A stretch of 64,000 nt of DNA from an uncultured Myxococcales bacterium (lineage in GTDB: Bacteria > Myxococcota > UBA4151): contig CAXGWI010000007.1 of assembly GCA_964013405.1 (NCBI GenBank), forward strand, positions 1 to 64,000, in the 5' to 3' direction. Below, piece after piece: positions 1 to 8,332 of the stretch (its first letter is position 1; each line of letters starts with the position of its first letter). Both the position numbers and the translations under genes were made by a program. The notes below the pieces were generated by a model that did not search any database, had not been told where the DNA came from, and saw nothing but the letters and a program-made list of their open reading frames with translations.

Positions 1-55
1 CTAGACTCGTCCCAGGCGGACTGCCCCTTTCTAGACTCGTCCCAGGCGGACTGCC
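1..55. repeat. 30-bp-period tandem repeat, truncated by the window edge
   Basis: CTAGACTCGTCCCAGGCGGACTGCC is identical at 1-25 and 31-55. Confidence 0.85.
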
Positions 56-472
56 TCGACCGAGGTTGTTGGTTGGACCCGCCCGAATGGTGCGGGACCT
101 TTCGACTCTTGTGGGAGTGCAGTTGGCCAGAAGTGGCGGTCCTGCTCGGCTGAGCTCCGTCCCATCCGGGGCATGGAGATCGCCCGGTGGTGCCGGCCCA
201 CGGGTCGCACAGGTCACTTGAGCTTCATTCCGGTTGAACTGAAATCGTTCGGGTGAAGATCGTCCGGATAAAGATCTCGATTGCCTGGGGCCCGGGCCCG
301 GGGGTCCTGCCGCTCCCATCCCTCCTGGAGGAGCCTGGGCGCTATGTGCGCCTGACCCCCTGGCGGAGGGCACCGGAACCTCGCTCGCCCCGGGAGGCGC
401 AGACGAGCCGTCCCGCTGCAGCAAGCCGCAGTCGAGGACAGTGTCCGGTGGTTTTGGTGTGCGTTTTGACAT
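1..472 (-). CDS. possible Pro/Gly/Ser-rich hypothetical protein running off the window (partial)
   Basis: Manual translation from ATG 472 gives no stop before position 1 (MSKRTPKPPDTVLDCG...RGSPPGTSLERGSPPGTSL). No recognisable motif or clear RBS, so it may be non-coding. Confidence 0.25.
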   Translation of the reverse strand, partial: MSKRTPKPPDTVLDCGLLQRDGSSAPPGASEVPVPSARGSGAHSAQAPPGGMGAAGPPGPGPRQSRSLSGRSSPERFQFNRNEAQVTCATRGPAPPGDLHAPDGTELSRAGPPLLANCTPTRVERSRTIRAGPTNNLGRGSPPGTSLERGSPPGTSL

Positions 473-513
473 GATTAACTCGTCATTTCGTCAGGGTGAA
501 GTTCGCTCAGAGA

Positions 514-1341
514 TCAACCGCCCAGCAGTGCAAGGGCTGCTTGCGGAGCTGCGTTGGCCTGACCCAGAACGGCGGTGCCACTCTGGGTGAGGATCTGCAG
601 TCGAGTCATCCGACTGGTTTCCTCGGCGAAGTCCACGTCACGAATGCGGCTGTTAGAAGCAGTGGCATTCTCGATATCAGCTTCCAGGTTGCTGATGGCT
701 CGCTCAAGACGGTTCTGAACCGCGCCCAACTGGCTGCGGTACTGATTCACCTGCGAGAGGGCTGTACTGATCAGCGCGAGGGCGCCTTGCGCACTCCCCT
801 GCTGGGAAATCGTCGAATTCGAGATCCCCAGAGATGAGGCCTGCATCGAAAAGTCCACGGTGGCAGTGATCCGGTCATCACCGCTGTCGACAAAGCCGAC
901 CTGGAACGTGAGTTCGAGACTCGCGTTGATGGTCGCGCCGTTGTTGAAGGTGGTGGTCGCTGCAATGCGGCGCACCTCAGCGATCAACTGGGTGTACTCG
1001 AGATTGGACGCGTTCCGGTCCGCATTGTTGAGGGTGGCGTTACCAGCTCGCACTGCGAGTTCACGCATACGGTCCAGAATGGAACGGATCTGCTCGACGC
1101 CTCCCTCCAAGGTCTGGACGAGCGAGATGCCTTCCTGGGCATTGTGCTTTGCCGCCGCCTGTCCTCGAATTCGGTGTTCGAGTAGCGTACTGATCGCCAG
1201 GCCCGCAGCGTCATCGGCCGCGGAATTAATCCGAGCGCCACTGGCAAGCCTTTGAAAGGTCTTACCCAGTTGGTCGCTGGTTCGACTCAGACGGTGCTGC
1301 GAAAAGATCGAAGCGGGGTTTGTTCTAACGACGATAGCCAT
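514..1341 (-). CDS. fliC: flagellin, minimal D0/D1 type, 275 aa
   Basis: RLASGARINSAADDAAGLAI N-terminal motif; RSQLGAVQNRL and SRIRDVDFAEE C-terminal motifs; AAGGAGG RBS. Confidence 0.97.
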   Translation of the reverse strand: MAIVVRTNPASIFSQHRLSRTSDQLGKTFQRLASGARINSAADDAAGLAISTLLEHRIRGQAAAKHNAQEGISLVQTLEGGVEQIRSILDRMRELAVRAGNATLNNADRNASNLEYTQLIAEVRRIAATTTFNNGATINASLELTFQVGFVDSGDDRITATVDFSMQASSLGISNSTISQQGSAQGALALISTALSQVNQYRSQLGAVQNRLERAISNLEADIENATASNSRIRDVDFAEETSRMTRLQILTQSGTAVLGQANAAPQAALALLGG

Positions 1342-1344
1342 GAT

Positions 1345-1640
1345 GATTCCTCCTTGAATCGTTGGTGGTCGCTTCCTTGCGACCGATTTTTTGCGCAGTC
1401 GTCTTGCGCATAAACTACTGTTTTTGCTTATCCTTAATAATGTCCGGTGATGAACTCTTCCCGTTGCAGCCCGCTTCCTACAGGGCCGCCTGGTTATCCA
1501 GTTTTGGGTTGAGTCGATCCAGGACGCTTGTCGTGGCTCGCCCGATGGCGATCCGGGTCCTAAGTGCCTCTATCGAGTGGCATGATTTCCCCTTCCTTGG
1601 GTTTTAAGGCAGTCACCTCCCTGTGACTGCTGGGCGGTCC
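1345..1640 (-). promoter_or_regulatory. multi-GGA hairpin array (CsrA-binding sites) in the flagellin leader / fliS-fliC intergenic region
   Basis: mRNA-sense hairpins GAUUC-AAGGAG-GAAUC (1345-1360, covers the SD), GGUCGC-AAGGAA-GCGACC (1367-1384), CCC-AAGGAA-GGG (1590-1601) and GCAGUCAC-AGGGAG-GUGACUGC (1609-1630). Hand count: 15 GGA on the minus strand vs 1 on the plus strand. Confidence 0.8.
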
Positions 1641-1645
1641 GAGCG

Positions 1646-2053
1646 CTAAGCGCCGAGGACCCCCTGGTTACGGTTCGCTCTCTGCATACGAATTGCTTCG
1701 ACCCAAGCCTCCCGGAGCTCACCGAGCACCTTGCCCACGGGCTCAAGCAGCTCGGCATCACTCTTCAGGTTGGCCTGAATCATGCGGTCGATCATGAAAT
1801 CATAAAGTCGTCGAAGATTGTCTGCGATCTCTGGTGCCTTGTCCGGGCGCAAACTGTTGATGAGCTCGGTGAGCACCTTCACCCCATGGTCTAAGGCCTT
1901 GGCTTTGGCCCCCCGGTCCCCAGCCTCGATGGCCTCAACCGCGACGCGCACATCTTTAATGGCTGCATCGTAGAGCATGATCAGGAGTTGCTCCGGACTC
2001 GCCGAGCCGATCTTCGCCTGAGCATAGGGGTTGTTGTTCCGGGTGGGGATCAC
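1646..2053 (-). CDS. fliS: flagellar export chaperone FliS
   Basis: ASPEQLLIMLYDAAI and IADNLRRLYDFM motifs; downstream of fliD. Confidence 0.95.
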   Translation of the reverse strand: MIPTRNNNPYAQAKIGSASPEQLLIMLYDAAIKDVRVAVEAIEAGDRGAKAKALDHGVKVLTELINSLRPDKAPEIADNLRRLYDFMIDRMIQANLKSDAELLEPVGKVLGELREAWVEAIRMQRANRNQGVLGA

Positions 2054-2074
2054 AGGTCTATCCTTATGGTTTTA

Positions 2075-3382
2075 CTAACCCATGCGGGCCAGCGCACCTT
2101 GTTGTTGTTGTAATCCGGAGAGCAAACGCTCCATGGATGCAAATTGGCGCTTGAGTCGGGCTTCAACGGCCAAGACCCGTACTTCCATTCGCTCCACACG
2201 CTCCCCGAGGTCATCACTTCGATTGTTGTACATCTTTTTACGCTGGGTAAAGATCCCGTCCGACAGATTGAAATCATCGGCCAGGTCTCGCATCCGCTTG
2301 GCGAGGCCGTCAGTACTGTTTGAGATCAGACTGAGCGTCCCCTCATAATCATCGGCCAGAGCCTCTTTGAACTCGGTTTCATTGAGGGTCACATTACCAT
2401 AGCGATCCATACCAATACCGATCAGGCTGAAGGTATTGATGTCGCCGGAGCCACCCGTAACCTCCGTAATCAGGTCTTGGCTCATTCGGCCGCGCATCAT
2501 TCGTACGGACGAATCAAATGCGAGGATTGCAGCACCGTCCCGACTCGATTTCGAATAGGTCTTCGCTTTGCTCAAAGCTGCGTTCATCGCATCAACAAGT
2601 CCTCTGACATTGGCGACGGTCGCATCCACATCTTCCTCAACTTCGATCGTGGTCGCCACCGGCTTGCCATTCTCCAACTCACTCAGGCTATTGAGGTTCA
2701 GTGTAACGCCCTGGATGGCGTCTTCAATTGCGTTGTCGTCATGGGTGATGCTCAGTCCATCCAACTCGATTTCGGCCTTCTGCGAATTAGTGGTCGTGAA
2801 ATCGAGTTCATCAAAACCATCGCTGTAGGTCACCCGTTTGCCGGAGTCTTTGGCTGTGATCGATAAGTGGTAGTCGCTACCGTCAAAGATCGTGGTCGCC
2901 ACCACATTCGCATTGGCGGAGTTAATCGCTGAAACCAAACCAGAAACCGTCGCATCCGCTGGGTCTAACTCGAAGGTCAGTGAATCTTCGCCTTCCACAT
3001 CGATGGTATAACTTCCAGCCCGCACCGCGTTGGAGAGTGAGTCACCCATATTGGCCCGATCCTTTTGGGCCGCGGCGAGTTGGATGACTTTGACACCGAA
3101 GATACCAGGTCCGGCGGTTCCGAGAACACTGGCGCTGACCACGGTTTCGTCCGATGACTTCGCCGTCAGTTCGGAAACCTCCTCCGTTGTATCGATCTCG
3201 CCAGCTTTGGTTTGCATGGTGGTTAGCAGAGTTGATAGTTCACCGATGGCGGAGGCGGCGCGCAGGGCGTCAGCCTGGCGACGCTTGACCGCCAATTGGG
3301 GGGCTCTTTCGACCTGAATGAGCTGCTGAATCAGGCTCTTGGTGTCGATGCCACTTGCTAAACCGCCAACGCTAATCGCCAT
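2075..3382 (-). CDS. fliD: flagellar filament cap protein FliD
   Basis: GLASGIDTKSLIQQLI N-terminus, VIQLAAAQ, NAIEDAIQGVTLNL, RLKRQFASME C-terminus. Confidence 0.95.
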   Translation of the reverse strand: MAISVGGLASGIDTKSLIQQLIQVERAPQLAVKRRQADALRAASAIGELSTLLTTMQTKAGEIDTTEEVSELTAKSSDETVVSASVLGTAGPGIFGVKVIQLAAAQKDRANMGDSLSNAVRAGSYTIDVEGEDSLTFELDPADATVSGLVSAINSANANVVATTIFDGSDYHLSITAKDSGKRVTYSDGFDELDFTTTNSQKAEIELDGLSITHDDNAIEDAIQGVTLNLNSLSELENGKPVATTIEVEEDVDATVANVRGLVDAMNAALSKAKTYSKSSRDGAAILAFDSSVRMMRGRMSQDLITEVTGGSGDINTFSLIGIGMDRYGNVTLNETEFKEALADDYEGTLSLISNSTDGLAKRMRDLADDFNLSDGIFTQRKKMYNNRSDDLGERVERMEVRVLAVEARLKRQFASMERLLSGLQQQQGALARMG

Positions 3383-3384
3383 GT

Positions 3385-4215
3385 CTACCTCCTTAGGAGC
3401 TCAAGGGCGAGCCGACCCAACTCATTAGCCTGGGTCAGAATGCTCGCACCGGCTTTTAGTCGAACCTGTGCTTGGACGAGACTACCGGTTTCTTCTGCGT
3501 AATCGGTGTCTCGAATTACCGCACTGGTCCGCCCTAGATTCTCCATCTGATGGACGTTGACGTCAAACGCGACCTCTAACTCTTTATATCGAGAACCGAT
3601 TCGGGTCCGGTAATCGATCAACTGATTCATCGCACTCTCGATACGATCGAGAGCCGTGGCGGAACTTGTTTGAGTTGCAATATCGGCGGCGCCAGCGTCG
3701 ATTGAGAGTTGGGCCGGCCGCATGTCGGACATGGTGAGCACCACTTTGTTGTGCTGCCCCTCTCGGATACCCGTCTGAAAGGTCAAGGCGCCAGAGGTTG
3801 CTAGCCCTCGTACATTATTGATCTGGACCGTGTTGGCCAGTCGACTGAGCTCTTGCTGCAACGCGCCAAATTCCACCTGAGCCTGAACCCGATCAGAGTT
3901 GGTCATCGTGTCCGTGGCCGAGGCCACAGCAAGTTCTCGCATGCGGTCAAGCACATCGAGCATCTGGACGTTGGTCGACTCGATCGCACGACCGAGCGCC
4001 ATCCCCGTCTCGGCATTTTGCCGGGCCTGCTTGTAGATCTCCATGTCGCTCTTTAGGCGCTGACTCATGGAATACGCTGCCGTCCCATCGCCAGGGTGAT
4101 TCACCCGGTAGCCGGAAGAGAGGCGCTGGATCGATTGCTCTGAAGATCGGTAGGCCCGAGACAGGTTGAGGCGAGCATAGCCTGCGGGCAGATTGTGGTG
4201 CACGATGGCTGCCAT
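3385..4215 (-). CDS. fliC: divergent flagellin paralog, 276 aa
   Basis: RLSSGYRVN, LDRMRELAV, IRDTDYAEE and LTQAN flagellin motifs, with substitutions in otherwise conserved positions. Confidence 0.88.
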   Translation of the reverse strand: MAAIVHHNLPAGYARLNLSRAYRSSEQSIQRLSSGYRVNHPGDGTAAYSMSQRLKSDMEIYKQARQNAETGMALGRAIESTNVQMLDVLDRMRELAVASATDTMTNSDRVQAQVEFGALQQELSRLANTVQINNVRGLATSGALTFQTGIREGQHNKVVLTMSDMRPAQLSIDAGAADIATQTSSATALDRIESAMNQLIDYRTRIGSRYKELEVAFDVNVHQMENLGRTSAVIRDTDYAEETGSLVQAQVRLKAGASILTQANELGRLALELLRR

Positions 4216-4219
4216 CGCA

Positions 4220-4270
4220 CGCTCCTTGCGGACATCCGTGTCCTGTTATTGCCCAGCTTCCCTGCCGGAC
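4220..4270 (-). promoter_or_regulatory. three CsrA-type GGA hairpins in the leader of the second flagellin
   Basis: CGC-AAGGA-GCG (SD, 4220-4230), GGAC-ACGGAU-GUCC (4230-4243) and CCGGC-AGGGAA-GCUGG (4253-4268). Confidence 0.8.
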
Positions 4271-4277
4271 AATTCAG

Positions 4278-4309
4278 ACAACGGGCCACGGGGCAAAACT
4301 GTTTAGGCC
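4278..4309 (-). promoter_or_regulatory. putative sigma28 (FliA)-type promoter of the second flagellin-fliD-fliS unit
   Basis: GGCCTAAA-N16-CCCGTTGT on the minus strand; the same architecture occurs upstream of flgM. Confidence 0.55.
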
Positions 4310-4359
4310 TGCAGGCGAGACAGGCGACAAAACCCTGGACTTTATTTTATATTTAACGG

Positions 4360-4794
4360 CTAAAACAACGGCTTGCGCGTCTCGAGGTCTTTGTCCATCA
4401 AGACGGCTTGAATCCCACGGCGCTGACTCAAATCCAGAATAAGTGGAGCTGTCATGTTGGCTGTCGGCTTGCCATCGTGAAAGCTCACAAGAACCAACAC
4501 ACCCAGAGGCTCGTCTGGCTCGGCCCCAAGAATGGCAAGTTGATCAGCGGTCGGCTGGGGCCGATAACTCTCAAAGAACAGGTCTGGGTTGACCACCACA
4601 AAGGCAATATTCGGCTCATCGAGGGGCACCAACCACATGAACGCGGAGCCCCCCTCCTTGTGGGGCACCAATGCAAACTCGCGCAGTTGGTTGAAGCCCA
4701 GCAGACCTACGGGAAAATTCAGCAATACGTCGCGGCGAACTTCGATCTCGCCCAGGCGTCGATTCGTGAAGATGACCACTTCGGAATCAGTCAT
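4360..4794 (-). CDS. fliW: flagellar assembly factor FliW
   Basis: FPVGLLGF, FMWL, AFVVVNP and TANMTAPLIL motifs. Start moved to ATG 4794 (GGAG RBS, overlaps the csrA end). Confidence 0.93.
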   Translation of the reverse strand: MTDSEVVIFTNRRLGEIEVRRDVLLNFPVGLLGFNQLREFALVPHKEGGSAFMWLVPLDEPNIAFVVVNPDLFFESYRPQPTADQLAILGAEPDEPLGVLVLVSFHDGKPTANMTAPLILDLSQRRGIQAVLMDKDLETRKPLF

Positions 4795-5074
4795 CGTCTG
4801 CTCCGGATTGACCATGAGGTTCGGGCTCCATTTGCTGGCGTGCTTCAACCAATGCGCCGAGGGCATCGATGTCGATATCACCGGCAAGCGCTGCCTCAGC
4901 GGCTGCTCGGTTTTCTTCTTGGATTTTTAGCCAAAGTTCTTCTCGGAACACCTGGTGATGCCTGGGCGCCTCGATCCCCAATCGAACACTGCTCCCGCGG
5001 ATCTCAGTGACCACGATACGGATGTCATCGCCAATCCGTATGGCCGCGCCAACCCGGCGGCTCAAAGTCAGCAT
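4787..5074 (-). CDS. csrA: carbon storage regulator CsrA with C-terminal extension
   Basis: MLTLSRRVGAAIRIGDDI...VRLGIEAP...REEL...IQEENRAAA, the FliW-associated long form. Confidence 0.97.
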   Translation of the reverse strand: MLTLSRRVGAAIRIGDDIRIVVTEIRGSSVRLGIEAPRHHQVFREELWLKIQEENRAAAEAALAGDIDIDALGALVEARQQMEPEPHGQSGADDD

Positions 5075-5109
5075 TCAGGTTCCTCACTTCAGGCTGCTCA
5101 AGTCTTAGA

Positions 5110-6009
5110 TCACGACATGTAGTTGAGCAGGCTTAAACCCTGTACCCGAGCGGAGGATGCGAGGCTAGCCTCATATGCTGTTTGGCGAAGGGAAAGCTCA
5201 CTGGCCGCCTCTGCGAAGTCGGTATCTTGCAATGAAGCCCGAGTGCGCTCCAGCTCAACTGCAAAGACCTCGTTGATGTTTTTGTGGGTTTGTAGGCGCT
5301 TAAAGTTTGCCCCCAGATCGCTCTGAGCCTGAGTCACTTGGTCGATGGCTCGCTCCCACTCATCGAGGGTGGCTTGAACCGCTGTTTGGTCGTCAGCCTC
5401 TAGGGCATCTCGAAGCTGCTCGGTGAGTCGAAAGATATTGATACCGCCATCAGCACCATTGAGTCCCACAGTTGCATCGTGATTAATACGGACTCGACTG
5501 CCCTCGGCAACGTCCACCTCCAAGGCACCACTGTCGCCAACGAAGCCAACGTTGCGCGGGTCGACAGCGTCGTTCCCATAGGGTGCAGATGCATTCAGGT
5601 GACCACCAAAAACATAGAGCCCGTCAAACTGGGTATTAGCTAAGGCCTTCATGCTCTCCAGCATCGACTGAACCGTTGCTGCTTGGGATTGCCTCTCGCC
5701 ATCTTGGAAAGAGTCGGCCATCATGGTGGCCGTTGTACGGGCCTCGTTCAGCACGGTAATGATGGCTTGATAGGCATCGTTGGCCGTATTGATCATGCCC
5801 TCGCCGAAGTCGATGTTGCGCTGATAGCGCTCTAGGTCGCCTTCATAGCGTTCGATACGAACCAAGCGAGACATGGCGGCAGGGTCCTCGCCTGGCCGAC
5901 TGAAGCGGTGGCCACTCGCCAACTGCTTTTGCGTCGTATCAAGAGCTTCTCGGGCCCCACCCATGGCGGCGACTCGAGCGCGAAAATTGCCGTATTCCGA
6001 TACACGCAT
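5110..6009 (-). CDS. flgL: flagellar hook-associated protein 3 FlgL
   Basis: QLASGHRFSRPGEDP, ANTQFDGLYVFGG, AYEASLASSARVQGLSLLNYM; between flgK and csrA. Confidence 0.94.
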   Translation of the reverse strand: MRVSEYGNFRARVAAMGGAREALDTTQKQLASGHRFSRPGEDPAAMSRLVRIERYEGDLERYQRNIDFGEGMINTANDAYQAIITVLNEARTTATMMADSFQDGERQSQAATVQSMLESMKALANTQFDGLYVFGGHLNASAPYGNDAVDPRNVGFVGDSGALEVDVAEGSRVRINHDATVGLNGADGGINIFRLTEQLRDALEADDQTAVQATLDEWERAIDQVTQAQSDLGANFKRLQTHKNINEVFAVELERTRASLQDTDFAEAASELSLRQTAYEASLASSARVQGLSLLNYMS

Positions 6010-6019
6010 TCGCTCGCTC

Positions 6020-7531
6020 CTAGCGCTTCAGACTCAAGATCGTCTGTAGATTTTCGTCGGCGGTTGTCACCACCTTAGCCGCGGCCTCAAAAGCCCTCTG
6101 CACCCGGACGAGATCGGCCAACTCTTCGTCCATATTCACACCGCTGATGCTTTCTCGCACCTGCTGAGTTTGGTCTCGACGGGTCTCAGTTCGCTGGAGA
6201 TCGCGCCGAGCACGAGAGGCAGCATCTCCCAAGCTGCGGATCTCGTTCGCCCAACTGTCGTGCGCAGGCGACCCTGACGCAAAATCATCCAGGGGGTCAC
6301 CGCTGATAATACCCTTGAACTCCAACTCAGCGATTGCGAGCGCATTGCGGTTGTCACCGGGTGCAGAGTTGGCATCAACAGCTGCAGCCACCAGGGTTGC
6401 ATCGGCCACCACATTTGGATTCACCCGAATCTGCTGGGCCGGTGAACCATCGGGGTCGGCAAAGGTGAAAAAATCGCCGCCGGGGTTTCCATCCCGGTCA
6501 AACGCGGTGATCACGCCAGGGGGTGGGCCCGGATTGTTCAGATCGGGGCGTTGGCTATGGAACAGATTAATCTTCTCAACGAACTCTTCAACCATCGTGT
6601 CGAGACGCTCAAAGGCGGCACCAACGATTCCATCTCGCGCCTGAATCAGTCCACCGAGTTCACCGCCGCTGATTTGATCCGTGACATCAGCGCCTTTGGG
6701 AAGGGGGCGTCGGGCCGTTTGGTCAGCATCTCGAAAGATGATCCGAAACAGGCCATCATCGCGAGGGTTGTTCGGGTCGGCCTGGGGCGCTTCAGCCAAA
6801 AGGCTGCCCGAGCGACGCCCGGAGACCAGGGACTCGCCATGATCCATGACCACATGGACGTAGCCTTCATCATCGGTGAAGGTTTGAACCCGAACCGCAG
6901 CGGAAATCTCGCGAATCATCCGTTGGCGGGCGTCCCGCATATCGTTCGCCTGAGCCGAGCCGGCTTCAGCATCATGGATCTCTCGATTTAAGGTGGCGAT
7001 GTTCTCGGCGAGACGGGTCACCAAGTCGGCGGTTGCCGCCAGGTCGCCGTTCATGTCGCGCCGAAGAAAGTCTAGGCGCTCCGAGGCCCTGTTAAAGCGG
7101 TCGGCAATATCCTCGCCTCGGGCGATGACTTCCTCCCGGGCCACCATCGAAGCTGGGTTGGTACTGAGTTCCCGCCAGCCATTGAAGAAATTGGTGATGC
7201 CGGGGCCCACGCCGAAGCTTGCGTCCGTATAGACCACCTCCACCTGTGTGAGGAACTCATAACGGGCTCGCGCCTCATGAAAACTGCTCGTATCCTGATC
7301 GAGGCGGCGCTCGAGGATCACCTGGGCGTTTTGTCCTACCGATGCAATCTGAGCACCATTACCGAGAAAGCCTTGGGGGGTACTGTTGGCCTGGGCATCA
7401 TCGTAGTAGGCCAATTGCCGGCTGTAACCGGGAACCGCCGAATTGGCCATGTTGTGACTGATCACATCCAATGCGGTGCGATGGGCCCGCAGGGAGTTTC
7501 TACCGATGTATAGCGCCTGAAAGTTACTCAT
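6020..7531 (-). CDS. flgK: flagellar hook-associated protein 1 FlgK
   Basis: SHNMANSAVPGYSRQ N-terminus, ANDMRDAR, SGVNMDEELADL...QRAFEAAAKVV C-terminus. Confidence 0.96.
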   Translation of the reverse strand: MSNFQALYIGRNSLRAHRTALDVISHNMANSAVPGYSRQLAYYDDAQANSTPQGFLGNGAQIASVGQNAQVILERRLDQDTSSFHEARARYEFLTQVEVVYTDASFGVGPGITNFFNGWRELSTNPASMVAREEVIARGEDIADRFNRASERLDFLRRDMNGDLAATADLVTRLAENIATLNREIHDAEAGSAQANDMRDARQRMIREISAAVRVQTFTDDEGYVHVVMDHGESLVSGRRSGSLLAEAPQADPNNPRDDGLFRIIFRDADQTARRPLPKGADVTDQISGGELGGLIQARDGIVGAAFERLDTMVEEFVEKINLFHSQRPDLNNPGPPPGVITAFDRDGNPGGDFFTFADPDGSPAQQIRVNPNVVADATLVAAAVDANSAPGDNRNALAIAELEFKGIISGDPLDDFASGSPAHDSWANEIRSLGDAASRARRDLQRTETRRDQTQQVRESISGVNMDEELADLVRVQRAFEAAAKVVTTADENLQTILSLKR

Positions 7532-7544
7532 CGGCTGGTCTCGG

Positions 7545-7844
7545 TCAGGCTCGGTGATCGATCACTGAATGGGACCGACTGCGCACCTGAGCGTCGGGGC
7601 CATAGGAATCCTGACCTAAAACGGCCCGCAAAAGCGAAGCGCCTCCCCGGGCCAACTCGCCGTTAAATCGATTCAGATCACCCAATTCCTGGGCTTCCTC
7701 TCGACTGATTTCGGCGACGGCGAGTTCGGTGAGCACACCTTCTTTTTCGCTGGCACAAGCGAGGATTTGCTCCGCATCGCCGTCCCGGAGGGCAGACCGC
7801 TCTCGTTCAAGCAGGTCGCGCATCCGTTCGACGATGGTCATCAT
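7545..7844 (-). CDS. flgN: FlgN-family flagellar export chaperone
   Basis: LLERERSAL...EKE...LNRFNGEL helical pattern; between flgM and flgK. Confidence 0.75.
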   Translation of the reverse strand: MMTIVERMRDLLERERSALRDGDAEQILACASEKEGVLTELAVAEISREEAQELGDLNRFNGELARGGASLLRAVLGQDSYGPDAQVRSRSHSVIDHRA

Positions 7845-8152
7845 TCGTCGCCCTCTTCGACCTTCAGGTCTTCAAAGAAGGCCCGGTCTTCCAGCATCTC
7901 CCGAGCCATCCGTTCGGGATTGACCGGGTAGGTCCCCGAGGCGACGGCTTCCTTGAGAGCCGTCAACCGGGCCTCGTCAGCCTTGTCCAGCTTGGCTCGG
8001 CTGGCCTCGATCACTGGCTCAAACTTCTGTGCTCGTAAATCAACGGTCGCTGCAGGTTCCGTTCGAGGGGCTGGTTTGCCCAGTTCTTTGGGCTCGTTGG
8101 TCGGTTGAACCCGACCGACAACGCCAGCACCTTTTAAGGAATCGATACTCAT
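7841..8152 (-). CDS. flgM: anti-sigma28 factor FlgM
   Basis: RLTALKEAVASGTYPVNPERMAREML C-terminal motif; start moved to ATG 8152. Confidence 0.9.
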   Translation of the reverse strand: MSIDSLKGAGVVGRVQPTNEPKELGKPAPRTEPAATVDLRAQKFEPVIEASRAKLDKADEARLTALKEAVASGTYPVNPERMAREMLEDRAFFEDLKVEEGDE

Positions 8153-8164
8153 CTTCGTTCCCTC

Positions 8165-8176
8165 TCCATCCGTGGA
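8165..8176 (-). promoter_or_regulatory. CsrA-type hairpin in the flgM leader
   Basis: UCC-ACGGAU-GGA directly upstream of the flgM RBS. Confidence 0.6.
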
Positions 8177-8197
8177 TCGGCTGCTTCCACTCCCCAT

Positions 8198-8229
8198 ACA
8201 ACGACGCGTCGCACGAGAAACTATAGGCC
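8198..8229 (-). promoter_or_regulatory. putative sigma28 (FliA)-type promoter of the flgM operon
   Basis: GGCCTATA(GTTT)-N16-GTCGTTGT on the minus strand; resembles TAAAGTTT...GCCGATAA and the motif at 4278-4309. Confidence 0.55.
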
Positions 8230-8332
8230 CATAGTCCCGATCCAGACTATAGGGTCCTCCAGGTCGGTTAACGGAACAGGGTTAAAAATTGTTAAAAATA
8301 AAATTGCATTTTCCTGCATTTACAGCGGCTTA

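Noticed and set aside
1..60. 30-bp repeat as a CRISPR array
   Set aside because: The units are directly adjacent with no spacers, and no cas genes are present.
1362..1607. 81-aa plus-strand ORF in the fliS-fliC spacer
   Set aside because: No RBS or motif; the region is better explained as structured RNA on the opposite strand.
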